DNA of 64,000 bases from a virus. Taxonomy: Duplodnaviria > Caudoviricetes. The notes below the pieces were generated by a model. It made no database searches and was not told the origin of the DNA. It saw nothing but the letters and a program-made list of their open reading frames with translations. This document shows, in pieces, positions 7,588 through 18,000 of this stretch; within the stretch, counting starts at the first letter, position 1; each line of letters opens with the position of its first letter. A program made the position numbers and the translations under genes. The DNA lies in the IMG/VR virus record IMGVR_UViG_3300035562_000079, positions 1 to 64,000 of that record. The stretch is one strand, 5' to 3'.

Positions 7588-10561
7588 TGTGTTCCCCTTT
7601 AATCAAACCGATCACAAAATCCAGAATCGCATCGCCATTAAGTATCGAATTACCGGCATAACGCGGCTCATAGAAGCATTGAAAGGCCATAGAGAATATT
7701 TCGGTTGAACGTGTATCTTCGATGGTTTTGGAGCCATACAGGCGCCCCATGTAAGGGTCACTCAGGTTTAAATTGGCAGCGATTTCGCTCCTGCCAAGAT
7801 CCAGAAGGCCGGCTTCTCCACCAGAAGCCATAAATGCTTTTGCCTTTGCCAGTCGATCGGGATGGCTATACTCGAAGTGATGCCCCACTTCATGCCACAA
7901 CACCCCAAGGTCAGAACTGGCGCCAAGGATTAGAGAGCCATCGTTCACGCAGGCGGCCGCCCTGGTACGCTCGAGATACTTAATTTCCTTTAGGGTTGAT
8001 ATCCCGCCTCTACATAAACGATAAATGTCGTTGAGAGCATTAAAAAATGCACCTTCGCCATGCTTATCATCTATCGTATCAATGGCCTTTTTGTGGATCT
8101 TTATTCCCTTAATCCAGTCATTGGCATCCTCTTCAGTAACGTCCGACTCGCTGATGATTTCCTGCGCCAATGCGCGAGCGCGGTCGCATAGGTTCACTAT
8201 CGCTTGTTGGTGATTCTCTGCTGCATCAGCCATTTCATTGATAATCTCACTTACTAACGAACTACTCTGACTGTGTTTTTCAGCAATATCGCGGATCTCT
8301 TCGGGGTCATATCGCTCAAGCCAGTTCGAAACAGATTTGCGGCGACCATATGTTTGCCCAAAGTTTAGTGTTGGCCCGGACAAATCCACAGCATGGAACG
8401 CAGGGAAAGCCGCGCGCAATGAATACGGCAGCTTCTCAACAACCGCTTTATCACTATCTTGTAGTGAATCGATTTTCGCCTTAACCCTTGATAAATACCC
8501 CGTGTAACGCTTCTTAGTACCTTCGGCTTCAGCAGTCACATCCCCATACTTCATCAGTTCCCTACCACGATCTACGTCATACATGACGGCCACACTGGCA
8601 CCGGTAGCGCTCAATGTGCTCTGCCCTTTATCGCTCGATGCAGCGATGATCGCCTTATATACCGATGCTGGCTGATATTCTGGCAACATAATACCCATAG
8701 CAGACATATAGCCTTGCGTCAGAATCCGAGAGCGCCCAATAACTTTGCTGATCACAGGGTAGGCTTCGCGCGCAGCTGCTATCACCTCGGTTCGCTCAAC
8801 TTCATCAGCCATTACAAGCTTGATCGCATAATGGAGCTGGAAAATTTGGCCGGAGTTAAAAAGAGCAGACCAATCTGGCTGTTTGAACATGTGGGCATTA
8901 CGAATTAATGGATGAAGGGTATAAAGGCTCGCCCGGCCATACCGATCAGTAAACGTTTCAATTTTCTTCCCAAGGATGCTTGCAGTTAAGGCCTGGTATC
9001 GCTTCAAAGCAGCTGAATCATTGAGGCTGGTCATCGTCAGTGTTTTTATCGCCGCGTTCACAGCGGCGGCTAACGTTGATAAAGAGCCGCTTCCATCAAA
9101 CGTCAATGCCTCAATAATGCGCTTCATACCCTGTACACTGCTTGCATTACGCAACACCGGGAGCACGGCATCACCACGCTTTTTTGTCGATTCAAAAAGC
9201 GCCCCCGTTAACCCCTTGCCACCTTCGAGCTGCATCTGATTAGATACCATTTGCAAGACCTCTTGGAGTGACACACTGCCGCCGCCGAACATATCCCCCA
9301 TAGCCTGCTGCTGGTGGAGCAACTCATCATTGATACGTTCCGCCATCAGCTTAAAGGCTTGGCCCATACGTTTAGCTGACCTGTTGTTGTCCACAATGAA
9401 TAGAGCCAAAGCTTTAGCTTCATCCGTCGCCTCTTCAAACATGCCCACTTGCGCTATAACATCCTGGATATGTTGCCCGGACTCTTTAGAACGACGCACC
9501 AGATCTATTGCATCTTTCAACGCGCCCAGGGCGCGCTTATCAAGGGACGTAACTTCGCTGGCCCCTTCCAACAGAGAGCCGACCGTTTCTCTGTGCACAT
9601 CACCTGAGAGCATAACCATTTCCGCAAAATCACTGGCGGCAGAATTGAGAGCAGTCAACACGTTGCGCATTTCCGGATCAGGCTCTTCGGATACCATTTT
9701 CACTAATCGGCTATCTTTATAGGCCTTGGCGAAAATACTGTTTTGCATCCTATCGATAAGCTGTCTTGTTGGCCGGCCGTCTTCAGTTAACAAGCCGGCC
9801 GCCGCCGTCGCACCGATCTCTTCCATGAATGCCTTCACAAAGGGCGCGTTAGATTGAGATAACAAATCGCCGCTCCCCGATGGGGCAAAGAGCTGCATCA
9901 TCGCTGGTGTAATGCTTTCTGCGTCTACAAAGGCCTTTTCGCTGGCAGACATTTCCTGTAGGTCAGATAGGTTCGAGTCTTTTGCGAATTTTACCCGGTC
10001 GACGTCGGTTAAACGTCGACGGACTAAGATAGGCCTTTCCATCTGTTCTATATCTCTAGCCCGGACACCGTAATCACGTGCATGCTTTATAAGAAACGAG
10101 CGATAGTCGTCTGCACGCCCCTCGGCATATGCCCTAATAATCCCCATGCTACGGCCGTTCCCCGACTCCACAGCATTATCCTCACCAATGATCGGCGCGC
10201 CGTGACTTGATAACCCGGAATCAGTAAGTTGAGCCGGCCTTAATGACCGAGAAATATTATTAACTTGGAGTTTACTGGAGAAACGGGTGCGATCTCGCGG
10301 CTGGAGTTCTTGCGGGTAAGCCTCGTTTATGCGGCCATCGAGATGATTGGATACCAGAAGCATTGAAGCATCAACCACCTCAAACTGAGTTTTAACCTCT
10401 TCACCTTTTGCGGTAACAACATAAGATTTGCGACCGCTCCCCAAGGCCTTACGTATTACCTCCACCAGCGCTTTAATGCTGGCTGTGTTTTGAATTTTTT
10501 CTATAACTGTTTGCATTGTCATATCCGAAAAAAGACCCGCTTTCACACGGGCCAAGCGCAT
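7580..10561 (-). CDS. ddrB: DdrB-like polyvalent virion protein (ParB-like N-terminus, C-terminal HEXXH metallopeptidase)
   Basis: YPQELQPRDR and GAPII...VESGNGR motifs; WHEVGHHFE and TEIFSM near the C-terminus; true start may be 10522. Confidence 0.8.
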   Translation of the reverse strand: MRLARVKAGLFSDMTMQTVIEKIQNTASIKALVEVIRKALGSGRKSYVVTAKGEEVKTQFEVVDASMLLVSNHLDGRINEAYPQELQPRDRTRFSSKLQVNNISRSLRPAQLTDSGLSSHGAPIIGEDNAVESGNGRSMGIIRAYAEGRADDYRSFLIKHARDYGVRARDIEQMERPILVRRRLTDVDRVKFAKDSNLSDLQEMSASEKAFVDAESITPAMMQLFAPSGSGDLLSQSNAPFVKAFMEEIGATAAAGLLTEDGRPTRQLIDRMQNSIFAKAYKDSRLVKMVSEEPDPEMRNVLTALNSAASDFAEMVMLSGDVHRETVGSLLEGASEVTSLDKRALGALKDAIDLVRRSKESGQHIQDVIAQVGMFEEATDEAKALALFIVDNNRSAKRMGQAFKLMAERINDELLHQQQAMGDMFGGGSVSLQEVLQMVSNQMQLEGGKGLTGALFESTKKRGDAVLPVLRNASSVQGMKRIIEALTFDGSGSLSTLAAAVNAAIKTLTMTSLNDSAALKRYQALTASILGKKIETFTDRYGRASLYTLHPLIRNAHMFKQPDWSALFNSGQIFQLHYAIKLVMADEVERTEVIAAAREAYPVISKVIGRSRILTQGYMSAMGIMLPEYQPASVYKAIIAASSDKGQSTLSATGASVAVMYDVDRGRELMKYGDVTAEAEGTKKRYTGYLSRVKAKIDSLQDSDKAVVEKLPYSLRAAFPAFHAVDLSGPTLNFGQTYGRRKSVSNWLERYDPEEIRDIAEKHSQSSSLVSEIINEMADAAENHQQAIVNLCDRARALAQEIISESDVTEEDANDWIKGIKIHKKAIDTIDDKHGEGAFFNALNDIYRLCRGGISTLKEIKYLERTRAAACVNDGSLILGASSDLGVLWHEVGHHFEYSHPDRLAKAKAFMASGGEAGLLDLGRSEIAANLNLSDPYMGRLYGSKTIEDTRSTEIFSMAFQCFYEPRYAGNSILNGDAILDFVIGLIKGEHNA

Positions 10562-10564
10562 GAA

Positions 10565-10936
10565 TTAAGCCGCTTCAGGGTGATTCTGTCGTACCCAGTT
10601 TGAGGCACCTATTTGCACATCTTCAAAACTCAGGTGCTCACCCACATAAATGGTCAGATCATCCAAGACGTTAATGAACTCATCCTTGTCTGACTGATTA
10701 AATTTCCCACTCAAGAAATCGACAACTACTTGGGGTTGGTCGTCATTGTCATTATCGGGAGCGGTTGCCTCAGGGGCTGGGGCTGGCTTCGTGCCACCAT
10801 ACCCGAGCTTGACCATCACCTCATCGATACGGTCGTCATAATCAAGTTTCTCAAGCCCCTTGGCCCCGGCCGACTTGCGCATCAGTTCATCCAACTGATC
10901 CGCCAGGTCAAGTCGCTCTATTGCTGACAAAATCAT
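10565..10936 (-). CDS. ddrA: DdrA-like protein
   Basis: 123 aa between darA and ddrB; LSAIERLDLADQLDELM N-terminus. Confidence 0.7.
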   Translation of the reverse strand: MILSAIERLDLADQLDELMRKSAGAKGLEKLDYDDRIDEVMVKLGYGGTKPAPAPEATAPDNDNDDQPQVVVDFLSGKFNQSDKDEFINVLDDLTIYVGEHLSFEDVQIGASNWVRQNHPEAA

Positions 10937-13056
10937 ACGGTAGCCCCCTCACGCTGGATGGCGACTAACAAATCTGACAAATGCTGCGCTACGTCGTTTA
11001 CCAAGCTTTCATGCTCGTCATAAATACCGGCATTTGCCAGAGCACCAACTGCCTGACGAGTGTTGCCTCGTGCATCTCGGATCTCATCCATATCACTCGT
11101 TTGCAGTGATAAAGTTGCCTTCAAAAACTCAACGGCTTTGTTCGCGATGGTATCCACTTCATTTTCAGGCGGGGTTAAAACTGGTGGGGGTTCTACTGCC
11201 GAAGAAGGCGGAATGTCCAATTCTGGTGAAGAAATTGGGGCGTCATGAGCTTTTATCTCAGATGATGCTAGCAGTGTAGCTGGTGGTACTTCATTGAAAA
11301 TGGTTTCTAGCACCCCTTCAGCACTCTTACGTTGGGCAAGGCCGACAGTACGCAGGTTCTTTACAATCGTTCCCAGTGAAAGGCTATCTGGAAGTTCACT
11401 CGCATTAGCCCCGGTTCGAGTTAAATAGTTGCGTAAAAAGTCCTGACTGGTTGCATGTGGTTCTCTACCTTTCAGCTGACCGATTAACGGTTTCAGAAGT
11501 TCTATGTTCGAAAAGGCCTCCTTCTCATCCTGGCTGTATTGAAAATCTACCAGTTCATAATCAGCCACCTTGTCCGCACTGAGTGGAGTGCTGTATACGG
11601 CAACACCATAACGAATGTCATTAGCCCCGATTACACGCTCAGTTTTAATTCCTGAAGCACTAAAACTCTCGGGATCATACGTATTCACCGCTCCGCCCGG
11701 CCGCCAATTTGGTCGAGCTTTCAAGCCATAATAATAAAGCGTGCCAAGGTGTGAGGAAGTCGTATCCGTATCATCATCGGCTGCTGCTACTGTGGGCGTA
11801 ATTGCCGGCTGCTCGACCTCTTCAGCCACCGAGATGGCTTCAAATCCTGCTTTTGTTAGAACTTGCCCATCCTTCACAAATACGTAAATTCCTTGCAGGC
11901 CAGAGATGCGGAAATAGGTATATTGATATCCCGCCGTTTTAGCGGCTTTGTATTTGTTTTTATAGGCAACGGCTTCGGGGGAAGGGCCAATCCCGTTAAC
12001 GGTGATCGAACCAGAAAACGAGATATGGTCGCCGTTACTTTGTGAATACCAGATTGGGTTATCGCCGGATACCGCTGCTTTTTTTAAAGTAGGATTCATC
12101 GCACCGGTTTGAATACTTGCCAGTGGCACGGTATAGCCGCCAGAAATGGCAGCAGTTGCACCCGTGGAAACGTCCAGTTCAGGCATTGGGCTTTGCATCT
12201 GAGCTTTTTTTGCCTTCAGTGACTCGATTGCAGAACTTAAGCGCTCATTTTCTGAGGTCTGCCGGCTAATACTGGCACTGTACTCTTCAATTTGAGCATC
12301 GATATCCGCCATTTGTGGCGCCATCTCATCAGCTTTGGCCATTTCATCAATTGCAAGGCTTTCAAGCTTTTCAGCTTCAAATTCCGCTGATTCAGCATCC
12401 AGTTTCAGCTTGTTGTGCTTGTCGCGGCTTTTTGAAAATTTCGAGCTGTTTTTTTCGATCAGATTTGAGAGCGTCTGAGCTGTTTGGTTTAGGGACATAT
12501 CGCGCCCACCGATCGGCGCCACAACATGAGTAACATCCCGTTTATTCAGAAGAAACTTAAAGGCGACAAGAACGTCTTGAGCTTTCAGCTTAACGTCGGC
12601 GGTTGGGCTGTGGAACAAGAGGGAAACGCTCTGACCGTCAGTGAGCGGTATCTTTGCGGCCATAACTGGGATGCCGGCGACCTTTCGAACATTCCCTATT
12701 TCGGCGCCACCAGCTGTACTGACGCCAGTATCATCGGTTCCCGCCTCATCTGTGCCGGCTTTTATCCCCGTCCCATTTAAGCCTGAATTGAGCACACGAA
12801 CAAAGGCACGCATGGTTTGTGATAAACGGTTCTTCGTGGTGCTAATGGCTTCAAACATCGCCGTTCTGTGCGGATCAGTGAGGTGATCACCAATGAACGC
12901 AGACTCAACCTCTTCGACAGTAACGCTTTCAAGCATTAAATCTTCACCACCGCCCTCATTCAGAGAAGCATATTCCGCATCGGTTACTTGCCGTACATCA
13001 TAGTCACCGCGATCGACGATCAGTACGCCATTCATTGGATGATATGGATTACTCAT
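10933..13056 (-). CDS. darA: DarA antirestriction/internal head protein
   Basis: DGQSVSLLFHSPT...FLLNKRDVTHVVAP (DarA N-domain), coiled coil, YYYGLKARP...YELV (DarA C-domain). Confidence 0.85.
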   Translation of the reverse strand: MSNPYHPMNGVLIVDRGDYDVRQVTDAEYASLNEGGGEDLMLESVTVEEVESAFIGDHLTDPHRTAMFEAISTTKNRLSQTMRAFVRVLNSGLNGTGIKAGTDEAGTDDTGVSTAGGAEIGNVRKVAGIPVMAAKIPLTDGQSVSLLFHSPTADVKLKAQDVLVAFKFLLNKRDVTHVVAPIGGRDMSLNQTAQTLSNLIEKNSSKFSKSRDKHNKLKLDAESAEFEAEKLESLAIDEMAKADEMAPQMADIDAQIEEYSASISRQTSENERLSSAIESLKAKKAQMQSPMPELDVSTGATAAISGGYTVPLASIQTGAMNPTLKKAAVSGDNPIWYSQSNGDHISFSGSITVNGIGPSPEAVAYKNKYKAAKTAGYQYTYFRISGLQGIYVFVKDGQVLTKAGFEAISVAEEVEQPAITPTVAAADDDTDTTSSHLGTLYYYGLKARPNWRPGGAVNTYDPESFSASGIKTERVIGANDIRYGVAVYSTPLSADKVADYELVDFQYSQDEKEAFSNIELLKPLIGQLKGREPHATSQDFLRNYLTRTGANASELPDSLSLGTIVKNLRTVGLAQRKSAEGVLETIFNEVPPATLLASSEIKAHDAPISSPELDIPPSSAVEPPPVLTPPENEVDTIANKAVEFLKATLSLQTSDMDEIRDARGNTRQAVGALANAGIYDEHESLVNDVAQHLSDLLVAIQREGATV

Positions 13057-13688
13057 GCCGCTACCTCACGTTTTAGAGTCTCAAATTCAGTTTTCAGTTT
13101 GCGGCCTTGAGCTTGCTCAGCGCGAAGTTGGTTCTTCAAGGCCTCGGCCCTGGCACGCTTAACCTGTAAATCATTGCCTCGCTTAAGCGTAACTGCCTGC
13201 GCAGAAGCAATTTTTTGCTTGGCGGCATCGATACGACCATTTTGTTCAGCTAGTCGTTGCGCATTAGATTTAAGGCCGTTTTTTTGGCGAGGGGTTTCCA
13301 CTCGACCAGCTTTAGCCAGCTTTCGGGCAAGTGATTTGGCAAAAGCTTGGGCATTAGAGGAAATGGCGACGGCGATGATTTTCGCGAGTGCATCGAGGTC
13401 TTTGGCGCCGGTAAATGGAACAGACTTTTTATTCAGTGAAATGGAGGAGATATCACCCGAATCATTAACCTGAACGGACACCTCTTGCTCGTCCAAAGCT
13501 TTCAGGCCAAAGGTACGGATACGCACCCCGTCTTTCTTCCGCGCAGTGCCGGCAGGGACAACCTTGACGATCTCTGCGCCGGCTTTAGTCACGGCTTTTT
13601 TAAGCGGTTCCAGGCCTTTCTCATTGAGATTATTGAAGTCTAGGACATGGTATGTCTGCCCGTTCTTCGAAAACAGATTAGCGGGCAT
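13053..13688 (-). CDS. hdf: Hdf (homologue of DarA fragment)
   Basis: LDFNNLNEKGL...VNDSGDI; lies between lydB and darA. Confidence 0.8.
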   Translation of the reverse strand: MPANLFSKNGQTYHVLDFNNLNEKGLEPLKKAVTKAGAEIVKVVPAGTARKKDGVRIRTFGLKALDEQEVSVQVNDSGDISSISLNKKSVPFTGAKDLDALAKIIAVAISSNAQAFAKSLARKLAKAGRVETPRQKNGLKSNAQRLAEQNGRIDAAKQKIASAQAVTLKRGNDLQVKRARAEALKNQLRAEQAQGRKLKTEFETLKREVAA

Positions 13689-14118
13689 ATGGCGCCACCT
13701 TATCAGCAGGAATATCGAACACTTTCGTAACCACTGACTGGACAGGGAAAAGGCGGTAGAGTGGATTAATCCGGCTGTCGCCGTGGGTCATTCGCACAAC
13801 CAGCTCCCAATTGCCTGACTTCAGATAACGACGATTAAAGAACAGGAATTCTCGGGTTAAACCCTTATCAGAAATGAACAATGACCGGGCTTTGCCGGTA
13901 ATCACCGTAGTAGGGTCTTTTTTATCTCGAAGGCAGTATTCAACTCGTGCCCCCTTCACATTGCGGCAAGTAGTAAGGAAACTCACCGGAAAACGGATCA
14001 CCTCATCAATGTATTCTTCTGATCCGGTATCTTGCACGATTGCCTTTCTACGCTTAAACAGAAAGCGGTCTGCCAGTGCGGCCGCAACAACCAGCGCCAG
14101 GCACGTTTCACTGATCAT
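13678..14118 (-). CDS. lydB: LydB-like antiholin
   Basis: N-terminal hydrophobic segment, NPLYRLFP C-terminal motif, follows the holin. Confidence 0.75.
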   Translation of the reverse strand: MISETCLALVVAAALADRFLFKRRKAIVQDTGSEEYIDEVIRFPVSFLTTCRNVKGARVEYCLRDKKDPTTVITGKARSLFISDKGLTREFLFFNRRYLKSGNWELVVRMTHGDSRINPLYRLFPVQSVVTKVFDIPADKVAPYAR

Positions 14119-14427
14119 CTAAATCCCCTTTTTAATAAAAATGCTTTGTAGTGCGGCTAAAAACTTCTCTTTCGCCACGGTTACGGTTTCTCGTCCGTTA
14201 TTGCTCGCTACCAGAACTGCCAGGAGCAAGAGGGGTTCTTCCCAGCGAAGGTGCTCAGCTGAGTAGTAAGCGGTGGCCCCCGATACAAAGCTGATTACCA
14301 GCTCAGTAAAAAGATTGAACCAATCCCGCTTAATCCTTTCTTCTCGCACCCCCTGGAGGAAAACAGCCAACCCTCCGAGCACTGATAGCAGCACAGCAAT
14401 AACGAGCGTTTGTGTGCTTGTTGGCAC
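14119..14427 (-). CDS. lydA: LydA-like holin
   Basis: 102 aa with 2-3 hydrophobic segments and a basic C-terminus; first gene of the dar operon. Confidence 0.8.
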   Translation of the reverse strand: MPTSTQTLVIAVLLSVLGGLAVFLQGVREERIKRDWFNLFTELVISFVSGATAYYSAEHLRWEEPLLLLAVLVASNNGRETVTVAKEKFLAALQSIFIKKGI

Positions 14428-14458
14428 GTATTCCTCCGGCTCTGTTGATGCGAAAACG

Positions 14459-14477
14459 AGACTAGCAAAAGTGACTT
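14459..14477 (-). promoter_or_regulatory. Late promoter for lydA-dar operon
   Basis: Minus strand AAGTCACTT-ttgc-TAGTCT. Confidence 0.75.
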
Positions 14478-14504
14478 TTCAAACTGCCACGTTGTTTTTT
14501 AGGC

Positions 14505-14529
14505 AAAAAAAAAGCGCCCGGAGGCGCTT
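14505..14529 (-). terminator. Terminator after tail-fibre operon
   Basis: AAGCGCC-cgga-GGCGCTT with a minus-strand poly-T tail. Confidence 0.8.
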
Positions 14530-14548
14530 GTGTTTACGAGTAGGAATT

Positions 14549-15091
14549 TTACTTCGGCTCTTCAGGCCAAGTAACATCTGTGCCCTGGGAAGGGTCGATG
14601 CGATTAAGCATGACGCGGTATGTTTGCCACGCATTTAGCTTCTCAAGTTCAGCCTCATTAGCAATGCCGAGGGCAACCGCATCCTGTAAAGGTGCCATTG
14701 CTTCTGCCGCAGCGGCAAGGCGGAATGATTTTTCAGTCCTAGCTTGAGCCTGAGTTTCTTCAGGCGTATAGACGCGACGCTCAATTTTTACACCGTCAAA
14801 TACCCAACCTCCATCAATAGTTGCCCTACGATTTGCAGTAGAGTTAACCACTTCCGCCACACTTAACCCTTCCGGCCACAACGTGGATACATCATTATTA
14901 GCAGCGATACTTCGAATGATACCTTTTTCGTCATATGCAATTTTAATGGTGTCATCAGAGAATTTACTTTGGCAACCATACCATTCCGTTCCTTCATCAG
15001 AAAAGAGGAACATTGCGTTATGTTGATTACGCAATTTAATCTGGTCAGGCGTTTTAGGAGCGCCTATTTTAAAATTCTTAATTATATACAT
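14549..15091 (-). CDS. Tail fibre assembly chaperone (Tfa/gpU-like)
   Basis: EWYGCQSKFSDDTIKIAYD...APLQDAV...WQTYRVMLNRID...WPEEP. Confidence 0.9.
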   Translation of the reverse strand: MYIIKNFKIGAPKTPDQIKLRNQHNAMFLFSDEGTEWYGCQSKFSDDTIKIAYDEKGIIRSIAANNDVSTLWPEGLSVAEVVNSTANRRATIDGGWVFDGVKIERRVYTPEETQAQARTEKSFRLAAAAEAMAPLQDAVALGIANEAELEKLNAWQTYRVMLNRIDPSQGTDVTWPEEPK

Positions 15092-15094
15092 AAA

Positions 15095-18000
15095 TTAACG
15101 CCCAATAGTTATCCACTGTCCATTCTTGTAAATTTGTATATAGCTCCAGAATAATGACTCAGCTGAGTAATCAGCATCTCTGTTATCGAAGCCAGTCAAT
15201 ACGGTGTTGCTATGATAGGTATACACACCAGTCGCACCATTTTGCATTTCAGCGCTATACCTGACGTTTTGAATAAAGTTTTGGTTAACCCAATCAACGG
15301 TTGCCCGAGCACCAACATCTCGATTGTATGTGCCCCAATCAACACGGTTATTAATATTGTTGTCCCGCGCGTTGAATTGATTGTCTAGCCAATTACTGAG
15401 ATAGCCACCCCAAATATTTCCACTGGAATTACCATCCGCATGAAAAATCGCACCGCCGGCAACAAGGTTTCCTGGAGAGTAAAATTGCTTGCTATTAGGG
15501 TCAAAAATCCATGTCCCTTCTGTATTATCACCCTTTACGTTAATGCATGGTTTTGCAAAACTAGGTGTGCCATCAAGAAGGTACCCAAAACTTACCGCTG
15601 ATGGATAGCCTTGCCCCTTTCTGTTGCTTCGTCCCTTGATCAGAGGGACATAATGACCACCGCCAGTAACATCCCAATCGAAATTTTCTTGATAGAATGC
15701 TGCCTTAGAATCAAGCTGCATACCAAACGAGCCGCTGCCTTCTGGGGCGGCCCCGGATGGAACGCGGTGAGAGGTCGCAGAAAACCAGCTTGTTGATGAG
15801 ACAGCCCCGGTAAGACTCCCGCCTGATTTTGCTAAATAACGCCCATCGGATTCTGTTTTATTCCAAGCATTAACATCACCAGCCAACAAATTAACATCAG
15901 AAGACAATGGTTTACCGTTAACCTTGATAGAGCGTAGCGCGTATTTTTGCGCAGCCTGCGCATCTGTGATGGCGCCTACATCTGCCGCAGTAGGTTTAAA
16001 CGCCTGCGTATACACACGATCCCAGACCTCAGAAACCCCAGGCGAATCAATACGCATAGACCTGAAGTAAAAGGCACTTTCAGCGCCCGAACCAATAGCC
16101 AACTGTGCGTTTCTATGTTCACCTATAGTAAAGGAAACCAAAGTGCCTAAATCAGTTGGATATCCTTTAGAGTTACCAGCAAAGCTTTCGATGGTAAATC
16201 CAGGTTTACGCTTAATATCTGTTGATGCATCCAATACCGGGGAACCAGGAAACACTATTTTATTGGCGCCAACATCTCCTTTTACAGTACCACCACTGAG
16301 CATCAGATACCGGCCATCAGCCTCTAATTTGCTCCATGCATCAACATCATCTGCTGTCGGCTTGTTACCTGAATGATAAATTTCGTTTGCAATAAATCTG
16401 ACGCCTTTTTCTGGCTCTTTATCCTGGACTGCAAAAGAATAAACCCAGTTAGACATTTTAACAGATGAACTTACTGAAGTGACAATGTTTTTCGTGAAAG
16501 CCCCTACCAGAGCATAAATCTCATATTTATTCGCTGAGACTTCTATCGCCCTAACTTCAGTTATAGCTGGCTGCCCATAATAATGGCTTGTAACTAAGGC
16601 ACGGTATGGGTCCTTTATTTTAGTTACAGAACCATTATTAGTCCTAACCATTATACGCTGTGATGCATTATTTCTCTCTGATGCGTTATAACCTGAGCCA
16701 CCAAAAACGTCGATGTTTAAAATAGACCCGAATTGAATAAGATTAGATATAGTCCCAATCAATATCCATGTAGAATTTGCCCCTGTTTCTATTTTTAACT
16801 TAGCTATATCCCCATAGCTATCTACTATCTCACCGGTACTTAATGTGCCGATATCTGCTGGTTTTGGTTTATCCAGCTCAGTGTATATTTTTGTCCAACC
16901 TTTTTCATATCCGAAGCCATCTCGAGAAGATCGGTATGCTATGCCACCGTTACCATAGTTAAATCGGAAGTCCGCAGAACGAGTGCTTCCGGTACCGCCT
17001 AAGTGGAAGTGCAGAACCGAGGTCATTCCCGTCGCTTGCGTACTATAGAATCCTGATGGTGCATTCCATGCAACGTCTACTGACGTCCCGGTCATACCTC
17101 GCGCAAAGTAACGTGAATCTGACTCCGCCTTGTTATATGCATCAACATCGCCAGCAAGCAAGTTAATGTCTGACGTCAAAGGATTTCCGTTAACCTTAAT
17201 GGAACGTAAAGCGTATTTCTGTGCCGCCTGAACATCGGTTAAAGCGCCAACATCAGCAGCCGTAGGCTTGCCGGCAGTTGAATAGTATTGCCCCCATCCG
17301 CTAAATGAGCCATTTACATCCGTTGCGGCATAAATTTTATTTCCACTACCGTGCCCGATAAACAGATAGTGCAAAAAGTTTTGGTTCCCTGAAGTGGCCG
17401 TTAAATCGCTCAGATTGGTTGTAACATAGAGAGAACCCCAGGCAAGTGGAGTCCATTTACTGTTCTCCGCACTCCACACCCCTGATGATGTTGGTTTGGC
17501 ATCACCGGTCAATACTCGTGACACACCTTTTTTTGCAGCAAAATTGCACCTAACGTCAGCTGCTAAAACATCATCAGCACTAGGTTTATTTTCTGAATGG
17601 TAAAGATTAACAAACGTCGAATACTTACCTGCATCAGCAGAGCGCAACCAAAAATTATTAGTCCCTTTTTCTGATAGCAGCTGCAAGCCCCTATGCTCAG
17701 TTGCACTAAAATTCACCAGAGTAGAGTATGCTTGAGTCGGGTAATTCTTGATATTTGGATCATCATATTCAAGCGTCGAAACGCTGAGTCCATGCGCCCA
17801 GAGGGCTGGTGAATCAGATAAGGAACGCAAGGGTTGGGTAGGCAATACTGTTGCCCCATCGATGACCAACCTACCCTTCATTGTGTCACCGGCGAGTTTT
17901 AAATAGCGGCCATCTGACTCGGTTTTATTCCAAGCGTTAACGTCACCTGCTAATAAGTTAACATCCGATGAAATCGGCTTTCCGTTGATCTTTATAGACC

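Noticed and set aside
14430-15100. Cin invertase and cix sites
   Set aside because: No serine recombinase ORF or inverted crossover sites seen at the P1 position.
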